Source of the DNA: an uncultured Gammaproteobacteria bacterium
GTDB lineage: Bacteria > Patescibacteriota > Patescibacteriia > Magasanikbacterales > UBA922
Reading direction: 5' to 3'
DNA: 64,000 nt
Assembly (NCBI GenBank): GCA_964565405.1
Contig: CAZMEW010000001.1
Coordinates: 59,637-123,636 of the forward strand
The notes under the pieces were generated by a model, which saw only the letters and a list, made by a program, of their open reading frames with translations, did not search any database and was not told the DNA's origin. A program made the position numbers and the translations under genes. Shown piece after piece: positions 59,361-64,000 of this stretch. Position 1 is the first letter of the stretch. Each line of letters opens with the position of its first letter.

Positions 59361-60500
59361 TTATACCCGATGATAAATTCCCACTGCTTCACTGATATTT
59401 TTATACCCATCCTGCTTGAGGAATTCAACAAGCCCTTCATTAATTTCCCCAATCAATTGTGGCCCTTCATAAATCATACCCGTAATCAATTCGACCAATG
59501 TAGCGCCTCGTTTGATTTTCTCATACGCATCTGCGGCTGAAAAAATGCCCCCAGTACCAATAATTACCATCTTGTGACCACAGTACACGTACGTTCGTGA
59601 AATAAGATCATTTGAAAGTTCCCAAGTAGATTTTCCACTCAGAGATCCCTTGATTTCTTCTGGAACCACTTCTTTTAGCGATGGATCGTTCCGATTCTTA
59701 TTCAAATTACCAATATTTACCGCATGTATATTATACTGCATTGCAACATCTAGAAGCGGACGAAATTCTTCCCAATCGAGATTGATGGGCATTTTTAGAA
59801 TTATCGGTTTTCCAATCTTTTGCACATTAAGTGCCGTGAGTAATTTTTGTAACTTTTCGGGCGTAGTAAATGGTTCTCCCCCGAACGTATTGGGGCATGA
59901 AATGTTCAATTCGTAGGCATCGCCAATGCTGGCATTTTCAAATATAGACAACCCATTTTTGTAGTCATCTATTGCTTTTACTTCTTCAGCAGTTCTCACA
60001 CAATTGGTCTTACCTATGGAGATTATTTGCGGTATTTTTTTTGGTTGTTTTTTTAGATATTCAACTATTGCGCGTGCGCCCCGATTCTTGAGACCATAAT
60101 AAACTAACAAACTACGTGATTTTGGAAGACGATAAAGTCTGGGTTTTGGGTTCCCTTCATATGATCCGAACGTTACCGTGCCAACCTCAGCGAAGCCAAA
60201 CCCGACACTTCCCAATACACCATAGACCACACCTTCTTTATCGAATCCTGCAGCCAGACCTACTGGATTTGAAAAATGTATGTCCCATACCTGCTGTTCA
60301 AGCGAGGGATGGTGGTATCCAAAACAGAGACGAATCACTGCATTCCCTACCCGACTTCTACCCAATCGTTCACCAATAGCAGTCATGCGATCATGGATAT
60401 ATTCCGGATCTTGCGCGAAAAAAAAGGGTTTCAATAATACCCGATACAAAAAATGAAACAATATACCTCGAAATCGCATAAGGATGGAGTCTGATATCAA
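59361..60500 (-). CDS. pyrD: dihydroorotate dehydrogenase (quinone), class 2
   Basis: N-terminal membrane-association helix. FSNPVGLAAGFDKEG signature and C-terminal GASLVELITGMIYEGP. Confidence 0.8.
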   Translation of the reverse strand: MISDSILMRFRGILFHFLYRVLLKPFFFAQDPEYIHDRMTAIGERLGRSRVGNAVIRLCFGYHHPSLEQQVWDIHFSNPVGLAAGFDKEGVVYGVLGSVGFGFAEVGTVTFGSYEGNPKPRLYRLPKSRSLLVYYGLKNRGARAIVEYLKKQPKKIPQIISIGKTNCVRTAEEVKAIDDYKNGLSIFENASIGDAYELNISCPNTFGGEPFTTPEKLQKLLTALNVQKIGKPIILKMPINLDWEEFRPLLDVAMQYNIHAVNIGNLNKNRNDPSLKEVVPEEIKGSLSGKSTWELSNDLISRTYVYCGHKMVIIGTGGIFSAADAYEKIKRGATLVELITGMIYEGPQLIGEINEGLVEFLKQDGYKNISEAVGIYHRV

Positions 60501-60585
60501 CTACTAAGACTTATCGTACAGAGCACGGCACCTCCATTCTCATTGCCATAGAATCACTGACCTACAGAGAAAACTGCTCATGATG

Positions 60586-60657
60586 AGCGAGTGAGGGGAA
60601 TCGAACCCCCTTCCCATGCTTGGGAAGCATGAATAATAACCATTATACGACACTCGC
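60586..60657 (-). tRNA. tRNA-Gly (anticodon CCC)
   Basis: Reverse complement reads GCGAGTGTCGTATAATGGTTATTATTCATGCTTCCCAAGCATGGGAAGGGGGTTCGATTCCCCTCACTCGCT. Anticodon arm CATGC-TTCCCAA-GCATG. Confidence 0.8.
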
Positions 60658-60712
60658 GTGAAAAACAGTCCCACCCTTTACGAGGGGTAGGACTGTCATA
60701 TTACTTAGGTGA

Positions 60713-61816
60713 TTATTGTTCTGTTGTACTTGCGCTAGGAGCGGGTTCTGTTTCTAGCACCTCAGCTGAGTTTCCCATTTCTTCAAACGGATTGCGGAGA
60801 CCTTTTGACACTTTGATTTCTGAAGAAAGTAAGCGCTGATTCATATACGTCGCGAATTTTGAGGTATCCTGGTCATCAGTTTTGAACAAGATATGACTCG
60901 CTTTTATCTCTTCAACTTCATCGCCATTCTGATCCTTGGTAACTCTTTGATCGGTCTTTTTGATAATATGGTATCCGAATTGGCTTTCTACCAAATTTTC
61001 TGCGAGTTCGCCCTTTTTGAGCGCAAATGCAGCAGCCTCAAATTCTGGAACTTTTTTAATGATACGGCGACCACCGAGATCTACACCTGATTCAGCTGTA
61101 CTATCAGAACCAAATTCTTTTGCTAGTTTTTCAAATGATTCACCTTTCTTGATTCGATCAAGGACAGTCTGTGCTTGGGTACGTACTGCTTCTTTTTTTG
61201 CAGGATCCTTAGTTGCTTCGAGATATGCATTGCTTAATTTTTGCTCAAGCTCAGTAGGTGCTACGATCTTTTGTACAAATTCATCAAGTGTCCATCCATA
61301 ACGTTTCATAATTTCCTCCTCTGCTTTTTCTCGACTTTCAAAACTTACCAAAAGCTTGGTATTCACAATTGTATCAATATCTTCCTGTGTTAGAGCGGTT
61401 TTATATTCTTTTGCAACCTGATCAACCAGATGATTAATGAGTAGACGACTGATAATGTAATCAGACATTTCCGCATCAGTGGGTCGAGGTGTACCTTCAG
61501 CCTCAGTATTATAGAATGTCTTCATTGCACGCAATTTGTCTACGTACTTAGTGTATTGAATTTTCTCACCGTTCATTGATGCTACCGGTATTCTAAAAAT
61601 CCGTGCGGTAGTTACCGCAAAAGGAGATTCTGAGAGGGCTCGGACACTCTGAATTCCGACTACATACCAGATAATAACACCGACTACCACTGCCACACTT
61701 ACACCAGCAACCAAAAGCGAACCTGCTTTTGATGATTTTGTTTTAGGCTCAGGTGTTTCATTGGTGGTGGGAGCTCCAGACACTTCTGTATTATCTATTA
61801 CAGGCTTCTCTTCCAT
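60713..61816 (-). CDS. membrane-anchored parvulin-type peptidyl-prolyl isomerase (PrsA/SurA-like)
   Basis: N-terminal TM, chaperone-like helical domain, and a C-terminal PpiC domain (ASHILFK...FGYHIIKK). Confidence 0.7.
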   Translation of the reverse strand: MEEKPVIDNTEVSGAPTTNETPEPKTKSSKAGSLLVAGVSVAVVVGVIIWYVVGIQSVRALSESPFAVTTARIFRIPVASMNGEKIQYTKYVDKLRAMKTFYNTEAEGTPRPTDAEMSDYIISRLLINHLVDQVAKEYKTALTQEDIDTIVNTKLLVSFESREKAEEEIMKRYGWTLDEFVQKIVAPTELEQKLSNAYLEATKDPAKKEAVRTQAQTVLDRIKKGESFEKLAKEFGSDSTAESGVDLGGRRIIKKVPEFEAAAFALKKGELAENLVESQFGYHIIKKTDQRVTKDQNGDEVEEIKASHILFKTDDQDTSKFATYMNQRLLSSEIKVSKGLRNPFEEMGNSAEVLETEPAPSASTTEQ

Positions 61817-61827
61817 ATCTTAATAAA

Positions 61828-62253
61828 TTAGTGCCCATTAGTATCGGGCGATTGGTGAATAAAATAATACCACCATTTTAGCGGATTGGAAATAGGTTGT
61901 CCACCAGCCCCTTCGGTTTCTTCTACTACCCTCCCCTGTTCTGCAGTTAACGTATTATCAATAAAGAGCACGTGTTCACCTGGCTTTTTCATATTCAGAT
62001 CGACTCTTGCCGTATCCTCAAGATAGCTTGTACTCGAGACATATTTTAAGAGCTCGAGCGACTCAAGCTTTTTTTTCTCTAATTTATCAATTTCCCCCTC
62101 CAAACGCTTCACCTCTTCCCTAAATGCATAATCCTTGAAATATGCACGCGCAAATCCGAACGCAAATGCGAGGGTCAACAAAAAAGCACAACCCAAAAAT
62201 ATTTTTGAGCCAAAAAACGTACGTACACGGGACGGGTTATCATTGCGATTCAT
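61828..62253 (-). CDS. FtsB/DivIC-like septum formation initiator
   Basis: N-terminal TM followed by a coiled coil (EEVKRLEGEIDKLEKKKLESLEL) and a short C-terminal domain. Confidence 0.4.
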   Translation of the reverse strand: MNRNDNPSRVRTFFGSKIFLGCAFLLTLAFAFGFARAYFKDYAFREEVKRLEGEIDKLEKKKLESLELLKYVSSTSYLEDTARVDLNMKKPGEHVLFIDNTLTAEQGRVVEETEGAGGQPISNPLKWWYYFIHQSPDTNGH

Positions 62254-62281
62254 AACACGATCTAGTATAGCACGAGGTTGC

Positions 62282-62890
62282 TTAGCTTCTCAATTGTTTG
62301 AGTCTTGTCTCAATAATTTTTTTTAAGTACAAGAGATCTTCTGAGTCGAGTTCGGTAATACTTTTATGAATCTCGTTTAAGGAGTATTGCGGCTTGCTAC
62401 TTCCCACATCGCTATATTGTTTTTTTAGTTCATTGATCAATCTCTGAACACCAATTGGTCGTTTGACATATTCCACATCAATCCTCACCTTTGATTCTCT
62501 AATCCTAATTTCTATCGTCCCATAATTGGACATCATTCGCCAGACCCCCCGTTGACGCACCACCACTTCTTCCACATCTCCAAGCTCCGCTTCAGAAATA
62601 GTTCTTCCAAAAATTCCATCTTTTGCAACATCTACAATTCTATAATTGGTCAGGATAAGCACCGTGCCCTTAAAGCGAACATAATTTGAAATACACCCCG
62701 CGCTCCCCATAATAAGTAGGGTTACAAATCCAATCGTACCCCACGTACCATGTCGAAATAACCAAAACATGTATAATCCAGCCACAACAAATGGAATAAG
62801 AGCGCCTACCCATCTCCATACATAGGTAAACCCAAAACGACGGATTTCAGCAACAATTTGTTCGTCGGTACGCAGAGGAATGCGTGGCAT
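62282..62890 (-). CDS. bacterial PH domain (bPH_2/YdbS-like) membrane protein
   Basis: Two N-terminal TM helices followed by ILTNYRIVDVAKDGIF...VEEVVVRQ, matching the bPH_2 domain. Confidence 0.6.
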   Translation of the reverse strand: MPRIPLRTDEQIVAEIRRFGFTYVWRWVGALIPFVVAGLYMFWLFRHGTWGTIGFVTLLIMGSAGCISNYVRFKGTVLILTNYRIVDVAKDGIFGRTISEAELGDVEEVVVRQRGVWRMMSNYGTIEIRIRESKVRIDVEYVKRPIGVQRLINELKKQYSDVGSSKPQYSLNEIHKSITELDSEDLLYLKKIIETRLKQLRS

Positions 62891-62929
62891 AGTGATAAAT
62901 AAAAAAGAAAAAAGATAATAAAAAATCGC

Positions 62930-63961
62930 CTAAATCCAAGGCTTTATTTTCTCAAGCTGGACACGTGGAATAAATATTTCTTCTACGCGTTTTTTTCCTG
63001 CAGCACCAAATCTCATAGATGCTTCCCGATCCGACAGAAGGTCGGACACAGCATCAACCACTTTATTTGCCTCATGATATACATCAAGCACACGACCGGT
63101 TTCACCATCAATCACCGCTTCAGAGACGCCACCACTTTTCCCCGCAACTACCGGCAGTCCAGAGAGTGATGCTTCGAGGAACACCAATCCCAATCCTTCT
63201 TCCCGACCATTATCCGGATGAGTCAGTAATACGAATATATCAGCAAGATGATAGTAAATAGATAATTGCTCATGTGGGATAGACCCCATATATCTAATCA
63301 CATTCTGAAGTGAACGGTTTTGAATTTCCTTTAGTAATTCTTCTTTCTTCGGCCCATCGCCGATTATAATCCATACTGCATGCGGTTCTCGTTCCAAGAT
63401 CTCACTGAACGCACGAATCATGTGGGGATACCCTTTGCCTTCGTCCAATCGGCCTACAGACAATATGACTTTTTTTCCTTGCAAGGCAAGTGTGTGTCTC
63501 AGTGTCTCTATTTTTTCCCTATCAGGAGGCGTCCCGAATGATGCATCAGGCCATGGATACATGACGGTACATTTATTCTCAAATTGAGGAAGAATTTCCA
63601 AAAATCGACGCTTGAGCGATTCACTATTAAAAATTACCTGTTCTGAATCTCGTATGATTTTTTTGAGCCAATACTTTTTCCATTTGTTTTTTGTTCCATA
63701 GATTATATCGGTACCATGAGAAATAATACAATATGGAATTCGGTTTCTTTTCTTCGCGTACCACGCTGCATACCCAAGCGGCAATACATGATTTACCAAA
63801 ATGACTTCTATTTTTTCTTTTTTTATGATGGATACAAATTGAAATGCTGCACGTATCCACCGAGGCCAGAATAGCGGAGGTGTGAGTGCTTTTTTTCTAA
63901 GAATCTTATAATTTTGAGTTGCATCAAATTTGGCGTCATTCGGCTGTCTGAGTGCATACAC
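62930..63961 (-). CDS. glycosyltransferase family 4 (N-terminus may extend beyond the listed start)
   Basis: C-terminal GT4 core RLDEGKGYPHMI...EGLGLVFLEASLSGLPVVAGKSGGVSEAV (EX7E motif). Confidence 0.75.
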   Translation of the reverse strand: MYALRQPNDAKFDATQNYKILRKKALTPPLFWPRWIRAAFQFVSIIKKEKIEVILVNHVLPLGYAAWYAKKRNRIPYCIISHGTDIIYGTKNKWKKYWLKKIIRDSEQVIFNSESLKRRFLEILPQFENKCTVMYPWPDASFGTPPDREKIETLRHTLALQGKKVILSVGRLDEGKGYPHMIRAFSEILEREPHAVWIIIGDGPKKEELLKEIQNRSLQNVIRYMGSIPHEQLSIYYHLADIFVLLTHPDNGREEGLGLVFLEASLSGLPVVAGKSGGVSEAVIDGETGRVLDVYHEANKVVDAVSDLLSDREASMRFGAAGKKRVEEIFIPRVQLEKIKPWI

Positions 63962-64000
63962 TACGACTTTTTCTGGTTCAAGTGCGCGTGCACATTGTTG

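Overview
This is a low-GC (about 35-38% GC by eye) bacterial chromosome segment, mostly on the minus strand. Its gene content is streamlined and possibly Patescibacteria/CPR-like: many small secreted or membrane proteins, FtsEX, and tRNAs with no encoded CCA. Housekeeping genes include the ATP synthase F0 start (atpI-like, atpB, atpE), tatD, metG, rsmI, def, a PriA-like protein, tkt, mscL, greA, ftsEX, gpsA, pyrD and four tRNAs (Asn, Gln, Thr, Gly).

Two paralogous copper-homeostasis operons sit in inverted orientation. Each has csoR with a GC-rich palindromic operator, a copA P-type ATPase, an HMA domain, a DsbD_2-like permease and a cupredoxin-like domain, but the fusion arrangements differ. 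The second copy lies inside a roughly 15.6 kb candidate integrated element (about 40535-56174). That element is bounded by a 14+8 nt tRNA-Gln 3'-end direct repeat. It carries a large serine recombinase, a ParB-fused DNA methyltransferase, small and large terminase subunit genes with no structural genes, a DUF4238/SEC-C protein and a three-gene cluster. The cluster (SF1 UvrD/HelD-like helicase, an uncharacterised 236-aa protein, a 4-TM protein) is the best candidate for an undescribed anti-phage or abortive-infection module. A small GIY-YIG nuclease gene is inserted at the 5' end of tRNA-Gln and is flanked by 22-nt direct repeats of the tRNA 5' segment.

Other oddities: a PriA homologue with degenerate Walker A and B motifs, a RimK-type ATP-grasp protein split by two TM helices, and a roughly 550 bp GC-rich island with long ORFs on both strands. 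No CRISPR array was seen.
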